A model generated the notes under the pieces. It had not been told where the DNA came from and did no database searches. It saw nothing but the letters and a program-made list of their open reading frames with translations. 64,000 bases of DNA. It comes from the human T2T-CHM13v2.0 reference genome, Homo sapiens. Every line of letters starts with the position of its first letter. Within the stretch, counting starts at the first letter, position 1. Shown here in pieces: positions 25,901-38,889 of the stretch. The position numbers and the translations under genes are program-made. The stretch is from the NCBI RefSeq assembly GCF_009914755.1, contig NC_060937.1; one strand, given 5' to 3'.

Positions 25901-28140
25901 TAAAGAAACAGTACTAGACCTAAGAAAAAGAGATAGATAGCTATATACTATAGTGTGGGAATTCAACACCCCAGTGACAACACTAAACAGATCTTTGAAG
26001 TAGAAAACTAACAAAGAAACTCCGGATATAAATTAAACTCTTGAGCAAATTGACCTAATATATATCTATAGAACATTCTACTCACCAACTGCAGAATATA
26101 CATTTTTCTCATCTGTGCATGAAACATTCTCCAAAATTGACCATATACTTGGTCACAAAGCAAGTCTCAATAAATTCAAAGGAATCAAAATCATATCAAG
26201 TATTTTCTTAGACAACAGTGTAAAAAATAGAAATCAATACAAAGAGGAACTCTCAAAACTACACAAGGACATGGAAAATAAACAGGTTGCTCCTGACTGA
26301 TTTTTGGGTAAACAACAAAATTAAGGCAGAAATCAGAAAAAAAAATTGAAACAAATGAAAATATATACACAGCATCTACACAGTAACCCCTGGGATACAG
26401 CGAAAGCAACGTTAAGAGGAATGTGTATAGTGCTAAATGTCTATATTAAGAAGCTGGAAAGATCTCACATTAACACAAAAAAATTAACATTGCACTTCAA
26501 GGAACTAGAGAAACAAGAACAAACCAAAGCCAAAGGTAACACAAGAAAATAAATAACAAAGATCAGGGCAGAACTTAATGAAATCGGAACCAAATAAATC
26601 ATATGATGTATCAACAAAATGTAAAGTTGGTTTTTTGAAAAGGTGGTGGAATTGGGTGATCTGAAAGAGGAGATGTAGTCAGCCAACAAGAAGACCTGGG
26701 GAAGAATCTCTCAGGTAGAGGGAGAACAAATGCAAAAGTCTTGAGGTGGGCATTCATGAGTGGCTATGAAGGAAGAAACAGGAGCCAGCGTGCCTAAGAA
26801 GAAATAAAATTGATGGACCACTGCCTAGATTAATGAAGAAGAAAAGAGAGAATATTTTAATAAGCTGCACCAGAAATGATACCCATGATGTTACAACTGA
26901 TACCACAGGCATATATGTAAGATTATCATTGACCATTATGAACATCTCTATGTTCACTAACTAGAAAACCAGGAGAAAAAGGATAAATTGCTAGATACAA
27001 CCTCCCATGATTGAATCAGGAAGAAATTTAAATCCTGAACATAACAATAATGAGCTATGAAGTTGAATCAGTAATAACAAATCTACTCACTAAAAGAGCC
27101 CTGTATTAGATAGACTCACACCTGACTTCTACCAGCTATGCAAGAAAGGTCTAGTACCCATCTTACTGCAAGGGTTCAAAAAAATTGGCAAAGAGGGACT
27201 TCCTGATACCAAAATCTGGCAAAGACCCAAGAAAAAAAAGAGGAAACCTCAGGCAGAAATCCCAGATGAACAACCTCCAAAAATTTTCAACAAAATACTA
27301 GCAAACTGAATCCAGCTGCACTTCAAAAACATAATTCATCATAATCAAGTGCGTTTTATTCTGGGGATGCAGGGGTGTTTTAATACAGATTAATAAATCT
27401 GATACACCACTAAACAGAATTAAAAACAAAAACCATATGATTATCTTAATAGACACAGAAAAAGACACATTTGATAAAATCCAACATCCTTTCATGATAA
27501 AAACCTTCAACAAACTAGGCATTGAAGAAACATAACTCAAAATAATAAAAGCTGTATATGACAAACCCACAGCCAGTATCACAGTTAATGGGAAAATGTC
27601 AAAAGCATTTTCTCTAAGAATTGGAACAAGAAAAAGATGTTCAGTCTCACCACTCCTAGTCAACATAATATCGAAAGTATTAACCGGAGCAATCAGGCAA
27701 GAGGTAAAAATAAAAGGCATCCAAACTGGAAAAGAGGAAGTCAAATTCTCTCTGTTTACTGATGACTAGATCTACCTAGAAAACTTTACAAATTTCTCCA
27801 AAAGCCTCCCAGACCTGACGAACAATTTCAGTAAACTTTCAGAATACAAAATTAATGCACAGAAATCAGCTGTATTTATATGCACCAAAAATGCTCAAGC
27901 TGAGAACCAAATCAAGAATACAATCCCATTTAAAATAGCCACAATAAAATTACCAAGCAATTCATTTAACCAAGGAGGTGAAAAACTTCTACATGGAAAG
28001 CTACAAACACTGATTTAAAAAATTGTAAATGACACAGACAAATGGAAAAACATCCCATGCTCATGGATAGGAAGAATCAATATTATTAAAATAAATATAC
28101 TGTTCAAAACAATCTAAAAATTCAAAGCTATTACTATCTA
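22936..28140 (+). mobile_element. Decayed LINE-1 (old primate L1PA16/L1PB-like): 5'UTR, ORF1, ORF2 through RT; 3'-truncated
   Basis: Starts 'caagttggctgactag'. ORF1 remnant about 24430-25410. ORF2 start at 25512 (MTGTKPHMSILTLNVNGLNAPLKR). RT 'ctgtttactgatgac' near 27752. Multiple stops. Confidence 0.9.
26644..26801 (-). mobile_element. L2-like fragment inserted in L1 ORF2
   Basis: 'gggaagaatctctcaggtagagggagaacaaatgcaaaagtcttgaggtggg...ggagccagcgtg' resembles antisense L2 3' sequence. L1 resumes on both sides. Confidence 0.65.
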
Positions 28141-28619
28141 ATTCCAATGCCACTGTCAATTCCAAATTAGTAATGAACATAGATGCATGACTGCCCTTCT
28201 TAATCTGAGTCATTTACCAGTAATACTGTCATTCTTTTTACTTTCCCCTTAAGCATTTTTCTTAAGCTTTAAATAAGCTAAATTAATCCTGCTTCCCCCA
28301 AAGCCATTGTCTGCAATATACTCATGTATTTAGAATGATCATCCCAAGGAATCCCACCTGTTTTGTCTGCTAGTGACATTTTAAAACTCACTCTGAGTGT
28401 ATCTTCTTGAGATTCTTTTACCCACCACAATTATTTCTCCACTCACTTGATTAAAAAAATAGAGCAAGTTAAGGGCCTTGCATTACTTAATATATTACAG
28501 GCTTCATATATAAATGCACTCCCACTATTGGATTCCTACCTCTTACTTTGTCCTCTGTGCCCTTACTATTTTGTAGGGACCCATGAAATTGTACACTTTA
28601 TTATCATCACCAGAGTTTT

Positions 28620-28931
28620 TTTGTTTTTTTTAATTTTTATTTCTTTTTTGAGACAGAGTCTCACTCTGTCGCCCAGGCTGGAGTGCAGTAGCGTGATCTC
28701 GGCTCACTGCAAGCTCCGCCTCCCGGGTTCACTCGCCATTCTCCTGCCTCAGCCTCCCGAGTAGCTGAGACTACAGGCACCCACCACCACGCCCGGCTAA
28801 TTTTTGTATTTTTAGTAGAGATGGGGTTTCAACCTGTTATCCAGGATGGTCTCGATCTCCTGACCTCGTGATCCGCCCGCCTCAGCCTTCCAAAGTGCTG
28901 GGATTACAAGCATGAGCCACTGCGCCCGGCC
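28620..28931 (-). mobile_element. Alu (AluY-like)
   Basis: AluY diagnostics. TSD tatcatcaccagagtttt / tatcatcaccagactttt. Confidence 0.95.
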
Positions 28932-28989
28932 TATCATCACCAGACTTTTAATTGTCAAAGGCAAATTGTCTAATTTGCTTGTTCCACAG

Positions 28990-29314
28990 CATATTAGTCC
29001 ATTTTCATGCATCTGATAAAGACATACCTGAGACTGGGAAGAAAAAGAGATTGAATGGACTTACAGTTCCTCATGGCTGGGGAGGCCTCATATGGTGGAA
29101 GGCAAGGAAGAAAGAGCAAGTCAGGTCTTACACGGATGGTGGCAGGCAAAGAGAGAGAGCTTGAGGAGCTCTCTTGAGACTTATTCACTATCATAAGAAA
29201 GACCCGCCCCCATGATTCAATTACCTCCCACTGGGTCCTTCCCAGTACATGTGGGAATTGTGGGAATTACAATTCAAGATGAGATTTTTGTGGAGATACA
29301 GCCAAACTATATCA
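28990..29314 (-). mobile_element. THE1 solo LTR (THE1A/B-like)
   Basis: 'attagtccattttcatgc..ctgataaagacatacctgagactggg...cagccaaactatatca'. TSD cacag/ctcag. Confidence 0.9.
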
Positions 29315-29402
29315 CTCAGTTTAGCACAAAAGAAAGTAAATAGATCCAGAAGAAAATAAGTGGCAAAATTTGTAAAGGGAAAATGCTATGCTGATAATCT
29401 AT

Positions 29403-29935
29403 CTTTATCAACTTTATCAAATTGAATTTCTATGGAATAAATTATCCTTTCTAAGTACACAGTTTAGTGAGATTGACAAATGTGTGCAGTCATGTTATCA
29501 TGACCACAATCAAGATTTAGAATATTTTCATCATCTTAGAAACTTCCCTCATGCCCCTTTGCAGTCAATTATCTGTAGCCTCTTTTGATCCCAAATGCTA
29601 CTTTGTTTAATGTGATTATAGTTTGGTCTTTTCTAGCATTTCATATTAAGGAGAATATACAGTATCTAGTCTTTTTGGGCTTGGCTTATTTTACTTAGCA
29701 TCATGTTTTTGAGATTCATCTATGTTGTGGTGTGTATTAGTAGTTTGTTCCATGTAACTGTTGAGTAGTGTTCCTTTGTATGGATACATCAAAGTTTACT
29801 TATCTACTCACCAGTTTGAGGCAATTATGAATAATACTGCTTTGAAATAAAGACCAGTCTTTGTGTGGGCATACGTTTTTATTTCTCTTGAGTAGATAAC
29901 TAGGAGGGAACTGTATATCAAGTATGCATTTACCT
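29403..29935 (-). mobile_element. Old L1M (L1MB/ME-like) 3' end
   Basis: 'aagtacacagtttagtgagattgacaaatg...tttgagattcatctatgttg...'. Confidence 0.75.
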
Positions 29936-29959
29936 AAAAACAACTAATAAACAAAAGAA

Positions 29960-30125
29960 AACATAAGAATAGTCAAAAGGTATTTTAAAAGATGCTAAAC
30001 ATCACCAATCATCAGGGAAATGCAACTCAAAGCCACACTGAGATATCTCCTCACATGTTTTAGCATGGCTGTTATCAAAGACACAAAAGATAACAAGTGT
30101 TGAGAATGTGGAGAAAATGGTACAA
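29960..30125 (+). mobile_element. L1 ORF2 C-terminal fragment
   Basis: 'catcaccaatcatcagggaaatgcaactcaaagccacactgagatatc...agataacaagtgttg'. Confidence 0.75.
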
Positions 30126-31698
30126 TGGTATACTTGTGCATCAGTGTTGGTGCATATATATTCATAATTATATCCTCCTGCTGAATTGACCCCTTCATCA
30201 TTTTATAGTGACCTATTTGTCTCATCTTATACTTTTTATCTTGAGATCTATTTTGTGTAAAATAAGCATAGCTACTCCTACTACTTTTTGTTTTCTATTG
30301 GCATGGAATGTTTCTCAATTTGTTTATTTTCAGTCTATGTATGTCTTTATAGCTGAAGTGTGGTCGTTGTAGGCAAGAGATCACTTTTCCATTTGGCCAC
30401 TCAATGTCTTGTGATTTGAGAATTTAGTCAGTTTTTATTAATCGTTATTATTGATAAGTAGGGACTTACTCCTGTCGTTTTGTTATTTGTTTTCTGGTTG
30501 TTTTTTAATCTTCTCTTCCATCTTTCTTTCCTTCTTTCCTTCCTTCCTTCCTGTCTTCCTTTTATGTTTGTATTTTTTTTCCTGTCTTCCTTTTAGGGGA
30601 GGCATTTTTCTCTGCTGGTGTGTTTTAACTTCTGACTTTTTATTTTTTGTGTATCTATTGCATGTTTTTAGATTTGAAGCTTGCACTTATCTTATAGCCC
30701 ATTATTTTAAAATGAGGCAACGTAATAGTGATTGCACAAATTACCATATAAGCAAAGAGAAAACTAATAAAACCTCTACACTTTAAGTTTGTCTCCTCAC
30801 TTTTTATATTTTTGTTGTTTTTATTTATATATTACTATGCTGTCTATGCATTGGAAATTGTAGTTATTATTTTTAATGAATTCATCTTTTCATCTTTCTA
30901 CTTAAGATAGGAGTAATTTATACACCACACTTACATCTTTATAATATTTTGTGTTTTCTGTATACTCACTATTCACAGATAGTTTTGCACCTTCAGAAGA
31001 TTTCTTATTGCTCATTCACATCTTTTTCTTTGGATTGAATAAGTCTCTTTAGCATATTTTTGTAGGACAGATCTGGTGTTGATCAAATCTCTTAGCTTTT
31101 ATTTGTTTTGTAAAGTGTTTATTTCACCTTCATGTTTTAAGGATATTTTTCCCAGATATACAAATTCTAGGGTAACCGTTTTTTCCTTCAGAACTTTATG
31201 TCATTACTCTCTCTCCTGGCCTGTAAGGTTTTCACTGAAAAGTCTGCTGTAAGTTGTATTGAAGCCCCATTTTATGTTATTTATTTCTTTTCTCTTGCTG
31301 CTTTGAGGATCCATCCTTCATCCTTTGGGGATTTGATTATTAAATGCCTTCAGGTAGTTTTCTTTGTGTTAAATTTGCTAGGTGTTCTTTAACCTTCCTG
31401 TACTTGAACACTGTTATTTTTCTCTAGGGTTGAGAAGTTCTCTGTTATTGTCCTTTTGAATATAAGTTTTAGCTCTCTCTACCTCCTCTTTAAGGCCAAT
31501 GACTCTTAAATTTGCCCCTTTGAGGCTATTTTCTAGATTTTCAAGGTGTGCTTTATTCCATTGTATTATTTTTTGTTTTGTCTTCTCCAACTGTGTATTT
31601 TCATATAGTGTATCTTCAAGATCACTTATTTCTTCTGCTTGATCAATTTTGCTATTAAGAGAATCTGATGCATTCTTCAGCATGTCAGTTGCATTTTC

Positions 31699-32007
31699 TT
31701 TCTTTTTTAAGTTTTTTTCTTTGAGAAATGGTCTTACTGTCTCACCCAGGCTGGAGTGCAGTGGCATGATGAGGCTTATTGCAGCCTCTACCTCCCAGGC
31801 TCAAGTGATCCTCCCAGCTCAGCCTCCCAAGTAGCTGGGACTGCAGGCGTGTACCACCACACTCGGCTAATTTTTTATATTTTTTTTTGTAGAGATAGAG
31901 CTTCACCATGTTGCCCAGGTTGTTCTCAAACTTCTGTGCTCAAGCAATTCATCTGCCTTGGGCTTCCAAAGTGTTGGGATTGTAGGCATGAGGCACTGTG
32001 CCTGGCC
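31699..32007 (-). mobile_element. Alu (AluJ-like)
   Basis: 'gctcaagtgatcctccc' AluJ diagnostics. TSD gtcagttgcattttc / atcgattgcattttc. Confidence 0.93.
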
Positions 32008-33905
32008 ATCGATTGCATTTTCAACTCCAGAATTTTTGTTTGGTTCTTTCTAATTATTTCAATCTCTTTATAAAATTTTTCTAATAGAATTCTGAATTCC
32101 TTCTCTGTATTATCTTGAATTTCTTTGAGCTTCCTCAGCACACCTATTTTGAATTCTCTCTCTGAAAGGTCACACATTTCTGCTTCTCCAGGATTGGTCC
32201 CTCGTGCCTTATTTACTTCATTTGGTGAGGTCATGTTTTCCTGGATAGTCTTGATGTTTGTGGATGTTCGTTGGTGTGTGGGCATTGAAAAGCTAGGTAT
32301 TTATTGTAGTCTTTGCAGTCTGGGCTTGTTTGTACCCATTCTTCTTGGGAAGGCTTCCCAGGTATTTGAAGGAACTTGGGGGTTGTGATCTCAGTTTTTG
32401 GTCACTGCAGCCTTATCTGCATTAAGGGATACCCCACAGTAGGCAATGCTGTGGTTCTTGCGGATTGTAGAGGTATTGCCTTGGTGGTCTTGGATAAAAT
32501 CCAGAAGAATTCCCTGGATTACCAGACAGAGACTCTTGTTCTCTTTCCTACCTCCTCCCAAACAGAGTTTCTGTGAGCTGAGCGCCTGGAGATGCCGGAG
32601 GGTTGACACAACCACCCCAGTGGTCACCACCACTGGGGCTGCACTCGGTCAGACCTGAAGCCTGCACAGAACTGGATCTCACCCCAAGCTCACTGTAACT
32701 ATTACCTGGCCACCGCCTATGTTTGCTTAAGGTCCTAGGGCTATATAATCAGCAGGCTCTATCATTAGCCAGTCTTGTTCTCTTCTTTTGAAGAGAGGGG
32801 TCTACAGGCAGGTCCAGAGATGCTCTCTGGGAGCCAGGGTCTGGAGTCAGAAACCTTAGAAATCTACCTGGTACTCTATTCTAGTGCATCTGAGCTGGCA
32901 CCAAAACAACAAGACAAAGTCCTTCCCACTCTCCCATCTCCTTTCCCCAGGCAGAGGAGTGTTTTCCATGTCCAACCACCACAGGCCTTTGTGGAGTCCT
33001 GCCAGGGTATTGTCAGTGTTCACATAAGGCCCAAAGACTCTTTAGTCAGCTTGTAGTCAGCAAGTGATAAATCCTGCTAGGACTGTGTTCTTCCCATCAG
33101 GGCAGTGGGTTCCCTTCTGGCCCAAGGTGTATCTAAAAATACTGTCCAGAAGCTAGGGGCTGGGATGTGGGCCTCGCAACTCTGCTTTGTACCCTATTCT
33201 AGTGTGGCTGAACTGGTATTCAAGCGGCAAAACAAAATCCTCCTTAATTTTATCTCACCTTTCCTCAAGCAGAAGGAAGGACTCTCCTTTGGAGCTGTAA
33301 GCTGTGGTGCCTTGGGTTGAGGAAGGGGTGGTACAAGCACTCCCCTGGCCACCCTTGCTGTGTCTCACTAGATCATGTGACTCCCAAGTCCACTGGCTCC
33401 AAGCACAGCACAGCACTAGGACATGCCTAGGAGTTGCAGTCCCTGTGGCCTAGACTCCCTTTCAAGTTTATTTAGAGCCCAGACTAATTTAGCCCATGGT
33501 GGCCAGCGTTGCTGATACTGAAGTTCTGACTACTGGGATGAGCAATTCTCCTCTTGATAGGGCTGTTCTAAATGTTCCCTCCATGGGCATCAGCTGAGTT
33601 CTGCCCAGCACTGTGGGCCTCTGTATTAGCAGCACTGTATTCCCACGCAATGTCCCACAGGTGCACAGAATTTCTGTCAGCACCATGTGGCCACTGCCTA
33701 GGGATGGGGAAAGGGTGATGTCAGCAATTCAAGACTGTCTTTCCTACCCTTTTCAGTACCTCTTTAAGCAATATGAAGTTACACCCAGGTGCTGTGATTG
33801 CTTACCTGATTTTTGGTTCTCATGAAGGTGTTTTCTTGTGTAGATAGATGTTAAATTTGGTGTTCTGGTGGGGAGGACAATTGATGGAGGCTTCTATTCA
33901 GCCAT

Positions 33906-34242
33906 TGCGTTAGTCTCTTCCCACACTGCTATAAAGACATACCTGAGACTAAGTAATTTATAAAGAAAAGAGATTTAGTTGACTCACAGTTCTGCATTGC
34001 TGGGGAGGCCTCAGGAGGCTTACAATCATGGTGGAAGGCGAAGGGGAAGCAAGAGAGTGAAGGGGGAAGTGCTTCACTTTTAAAGTATCAGATCTTGTCA
34101 GAACTCAGTCACTATCATGAGAACAGCAAGAGGGAAATCTGCCCTCGTGATCCGATCACCTCCCACCATGCCCTTCCTATAACATATGGGGATTACAATT
34201 TGAGATGAGATTTGGATGGGGACACAGGGCCAAACCATATCA
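33906..34242 (-). mobile_element. THE1D/MSTA-like solo LTR
   Basis: 'tgcgttagtc...cacactgctataaagacatacctgagac...ccaaaccatatca'. TSD gccat/accat. Confidence 0.9.
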
Positions 34243-34284
34243 ACCATCTCATTCTGCCTCTTGCCTCCACTTCTTACTTTTCAA

Positions 34285-35000
34285 ATTTGCTCTCTTTGTT
34301 TTCTGAAACCACATTATCTGGGTTTCTTTCTGATCTCCTGGGCCCTTCTTAGTCTTCTTTAATGCATTTTGTTCTTTTTTCTGAATTACAATGTTGGGGT
34401 ATCCTTAAGTTCAGTCTTAATCTCTGCCTCTCTATCCACAATCCTTCACTATCAGAAAATAACTAAGTTATTTGTACATTGTACAGTGTACAAACATTTG
34501 TACATTGGCAACTCACACATTTCTGCAGCCAGATCTGACTCATAATTTAAGTGGCAGATATTTTTAGCACTCTCTTGATATAACCACTCAAATAACCGCT
34601 CTGTATCTCAAACTTTACATATTCAAAGAAAAATTTTGGTTTCTACTTTTGTAATGCTGTTATTTTCCCAAGGTTGTCCCCCCAATAATTACATAATACT
34701 TTACTACATATTAGATCATTAATTATCCCTGATATTTTTTCACCTTCACCTCTCTCACAGATTGAATTCATCAGCAATTTCTAGAAGCTTAAAATCCAGA
34801 AAACATGCTAAATTCATGCACTTCTGTTCATTTCATACCACTGTCCTTGTTTATATCATTTTCAAAGTACTTCACCTGCTACATAAACTACTTCAATGCC
34901 TTCTAACAGATCTGACTGTTCCCACTTCTACCATCCTAATCTATTTATTCTTCATTCAGAGACATCATTATTTTCTAAAGTATCATAATTATTTCATAAT
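34285..35000 (+). mobile_element. L2 fragment
   Basis: 'accacattatctgggtttctttctgatctc', 'tatctcaaactttacatattcaaa'. Heavily diverged. Confidence 0.6.
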
Positions 35001-35589
35001 TACCCCCAATTAATTTGAGAAACTTCGAAGAAAAAATAACTTGAATTATGTATTATTTTCCTATTTAAGTTTTCCAATTCCAATGAATCTCAACAAGAAA
35101 AGTCAGTAATAAAATACTTGTCCTATAATAGGCAATCTCAAAAATTAATTATAAAATAATGTCAAGTTGATGCATTCCTGTCAAAGAAGACTATAAGGAA
35201 ATATTTGGAAATTCATATTCTATTAAGCTATTTTATTAAGTATAGTATATAATGTTATTTTCTTTTGATTTGTGATGACAATATTTGAACACTAGAAATC
35301 ATGATTCAGTTGAAAATTTTCTTTTCAATAAATACTTATCCATGTTTTGCCCAAAATGTTATAGCATGACTTTGACAGAAATCCCTTGGGAACATATCAG
35401 ATATATATATATATATATATAACTCACTTTTCCACAGATAAAACAGTTATGTAAAAACAATTGTTTTTATTTTAATGGTAAGGTTTATTAGAGTTAGAAT
35501 TTTTATATTACCATGGTGTGAAAATGTTGTTTTTACTTTAACCAAAATGTCAGAGTGTTTCATGAAATTGAACCAATAATGTGTGAACT

Positions 35590-37100
35590 GTGATAGCTAT
35601 GGAAAACTAGTTCTTGGGCTGCTAAGGACCATTCTTCTGTCCTTTCAAAAAGGTAAACTACTTCATTGTATACGCCAGGTTTTTATCAAAATTCTTTGCT
35701 CCATTTATAACTTTAGCAGAATTATATTTAGAAGGGTACTTTGCCTGAATCTTACCTTCATCCCTAGAAAAATCAGCACATGGGTGCTCATGTGCTCTGC
35801 CTGTTTTTTAGAGATGATAAATGTGAGGTGCAACAACTTGCCCCTAAAATTAGAAAGCACACTCCAGACCACTGGACCACAAGCATCTTCGTGGATGTAA
35901 AAGAACTTGACTCTTCACCAGTTTTCATCTCCTCTTTGGGAAACATTTGCCTAAACAGAGCCTCCAGGATACTTGTTACTTCCAGCCCAATATAATTACA
36001 ATTAGTAAAGTATCACCAATTCAATAGTACAATATTCTGTGGAATGCAAGATAATAATGTGCCCAGCAGACTAATTTATGGTAAAGAGCAGGAGAATAAA
36101 TATTGTCCTGGGGCAATACAGATAATGTGCATTGTCCTGTAAAGACAAACAGGTTTTTATTGTTTTTATTGATGGGGACTGAAGAGAATACATGTGTTAG
36201 ATCAATAATGACATTACAAATGATAAAGGCTGTGTTGATCTGCTCTGGTAAACACACAACATCCAGCATGGTGGTTTAGGATTATCATAGCCCATTGTCA
36301 TCTGCCGCAATCCATCTGGTTTTCAAAAGAGAGGCGAGACAACCTATTTTTTAAGTCTTTTAATAAGTTAAGTTGCATTAACTTCTGCAACTCTTTCCAG
36401 AATGTGATTTTTTAAAAAATTACTATTTATTCTAGTGGTACAATCCTTCTTGGAACCATTTGTAATTAGGTTCCTTTATAGCCCTGTCGGATCCTGGACT
36501 AAATTTTCAGTGCAGTCTTTTCTGTGGCTATAAGAGACAATATATTAGAGTCTGCCCCTAAAATCCATGGATAAGAACTATTGACTTTTCACAGTATGAA
36601 ATGAGTTGCCCAGTGGCTTTTCTAAGCCCACCTTGTCATTTTGCAAAAATTTCAATGTCATTTCAATTGTCATTGCATTTCAATTCGAAGCTACTGACTT
36701 TTCACAGTATGAAATGAGTTGCCCAGTGGCTTTTCCAAGCCAACCTTGTCGTTTTGCAAAAATTTCAATGTCGTTTACAGAAGCCAACCATCTCTAAAAT
36801 CCATATAATTATCATTGCCATCACACAAGTCAACTGCAACAACCACTGCTCTTTCCAACACTTCAGCTTCTGCCTGCACCCTCTCCCAATTAAACATGTT
36901 AAAGCCTCAGTAGCTTTATTGCCACTTTATGACAGAGATTATCACCATCTCACCTCTATAAGCCAATGGTGTCCACATTACCATCAGTCCATTGAATTAT
37001 TCCACTCTAAAGTCCTATTGAAAGTAACTATTGTTAAAGGTGAATTTATTAACAACTGTCCTAACTGGTGTTGTTAGAAAGAAAAACGTATTTTCTCCTA
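35590..37100 (-). mobile_element. ERVL-class endogenous retrovirus internal relic with reverse transcriptase remnant
   Basis: ORF 36021-36269 (DVVCLPEQINTA...IDLTHVFSSVP...SVLPQDNIYSPALYHKLV) matches the ERVL RT pattern DVVSLLEQIN...IDLANAFFSIP...TVLPQGYINSPALCHNLV. Disrupted. Boundaries approximate. Confidence 0.82.
36578..36776. repeat. 86-bp direct duplication with a 27-bp junction insert
   Basis: 36578-36663 vs 36691-36776, 81/86 identical. Confidence 0.93.
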
Positions 37101-37349
37101 CACCCATTAGCCAAACTCACTCCTTTGAAGCACTAACTGTGCATTAGGGTGCTGAATAGAACCAGGGAATTTTAGAGCTTAGGAGGCAGAAGATATGACA
37201 TGTGCAAGGCAAGGAACTGTGGGGTTTATACACATAGGTGGAGATCACCTAGAGTTGAAATATATATCAGTTACTGCAGTGAAAACAAAATTACTGAGGA
37301 TCTCACGGACAGAAGCCGAGAGATTCTGAGGTGGCCCAGTAAAAGTTTT

Positions 37350-38230
37350 CTGATACATATACTACTCAACAGATTTTAAAATCTCAATCAATCACAATCA
37401 AGATAAGTGAAAAGAAATATACATTTGGAAATAGTAAAGTAAAAAAGCACAGATAAAAAAGAAAAGATCATAAAGACACCCTGAGAGATAAGGCTGACTA
37501 CCAAAGAAGGAACAGCCATTAAAAGGACAATTCCATTTCATGGCAGCATAAAATGCCAAATGAGAATGAAATATCATCTTCCATATTTTTAGAGAAAATA
37601 AACTGCCCAGCTTTAATTTTAGACATATAAAAGATCTTTTAAGAATGAAAAATACTTTTAGATCAAGCTTAGGGTATTTGCATTATGGTATCTTCAAAAA
37701 GGAAATTCTAAGAGATGCTATTTCAGAACACAGAGAAGTATTTTAAAATGGAAGATTTTAGATAGAATAGGAATAGAGAACAAAAATATAGATGTGTTCA
37801 AGAATCCAAAGAAATATTGAGGGTAACATAAAATTAGATTGTCCTATGTAAATTGAAAAGCAAAACTAAAATATAAAGCAACAATAGCATATCAGAAGGG
37901 GTTGAAAGACAATGTCCTTGTATTATTATATAAAGACAAAAGTCCTATTATTTTACAGATATTGATTAGTTTTAGGCCTAAGTTACTAATAATTACTAAG
38001 TTAATTATTTATACTGCAGTTCTTGAGATAACCATTCAAACTAGAAAAATTGTTCATTATTCCAAACCAGGAGAAAAATATTAAAATAAAATTAGTTCAA
38101 AAGAATGAAAAAAAAAGAAAAAGAAATGGGAAAATAGAACACGTAAATGAGTTAATAGGTATAAACTCAAATATGTAAAACAATATGATAATTATCAGTA
38201 ACACAACTAGTATTTCTAGCAAACATATAT
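37350..38230 (+). mobile_element. Very old L1M/HAL1-like ORF1-region remnant
   Basis: A-rich sense sequence with L1 ORF1-like segments ('agagaaaataaactgcccagc'). Confidence 0.5.
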
Positions 38231-38889
38231 TATATATAGTCTTCTTCCAAGCAGGGCTTAGACACTCCCTTTGGAGACTGATACTAAATTTCATGTGTAA
38301 GTTACATTTAAAACTCAATTGTCTTCCAGTGTTACATAGCAAAATCACTTTTGCCAACAAACACATTCAGTGCTTTAATCTACAGCTGCCTTTCAGTTAC
38401 ATCCATGAAAAAATATACATGTTTAAAAGTGTTTGCCAAACTTGTATATTGAAAATCATACTATACTCTAAATTCAGGATGGTTATTAGACAAAAATAAC
38501 ACACATCTGGATATGCAAGAACTGGAAGTTAAGCATGCATTTAGTTCAATGGTCTAAATAATAATTTTATCACATACGTGGAATAAAGTAATCTCATACT
38601 GTCTGAAGGAAGAGCAAACTGGTAATACCTTCCAGAAGGTGATCAGAAAATGGTATAAAAGCCTTTAAAATGTTCGTGCCCTTCGACTTTGCAATCCTTT
38701 TATTGGGATTCTACCCCAATATGATAGAGTTACAAACAAACATTTGTAAAGAATACTATATTGTAATATTCAAGAAACTTTGAAAACTAATCATTCATAA
38801 ATATCTTACACAAGTTGTATTACATAAGCACCATTAAAAGCATGTAAAATTATATCACATTTTAAAAATATTTAACTATTTAAGTTATA

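Larger units (their letters stand above)
30140..34260 (-). mobile_element. LINE-1 5' portion (L1MA-like): 5'UTR, ORF1, start of ORF2
   Basis: ORF1 remnant (EMCDLSEREFKIGVLRKLKEIQDNTEKEFR) and EN remnant (HYKMMKGSIQQEDI). Collinear with the L1 at 9900-14837. The 5' tip is split by an LTR. Confidence 0.9.

Noticed and set aside
27298-27744. 148-aa hydrophobic minus-strand ORF resembling a membrane protein
   Set aside because: It is antisense to A-rich L1 ORF2, and T-rich codons give spurious hydrophobic peptides.
22936-28140. Potentially active L1 with ORF1 and ORF2
   Set aside because: Both ORFs are broken by many stops and frameshifts and the 3' end is missing. The other L1 copies are equally decayed.
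36021-36269. Reverse transcriptase ORF as a domesticated gene or retron-like RT
   Set aside because: It is an 82-aa decayed ERVL pol fragment with altered motifs and a stop before the catalytic YxDD region.
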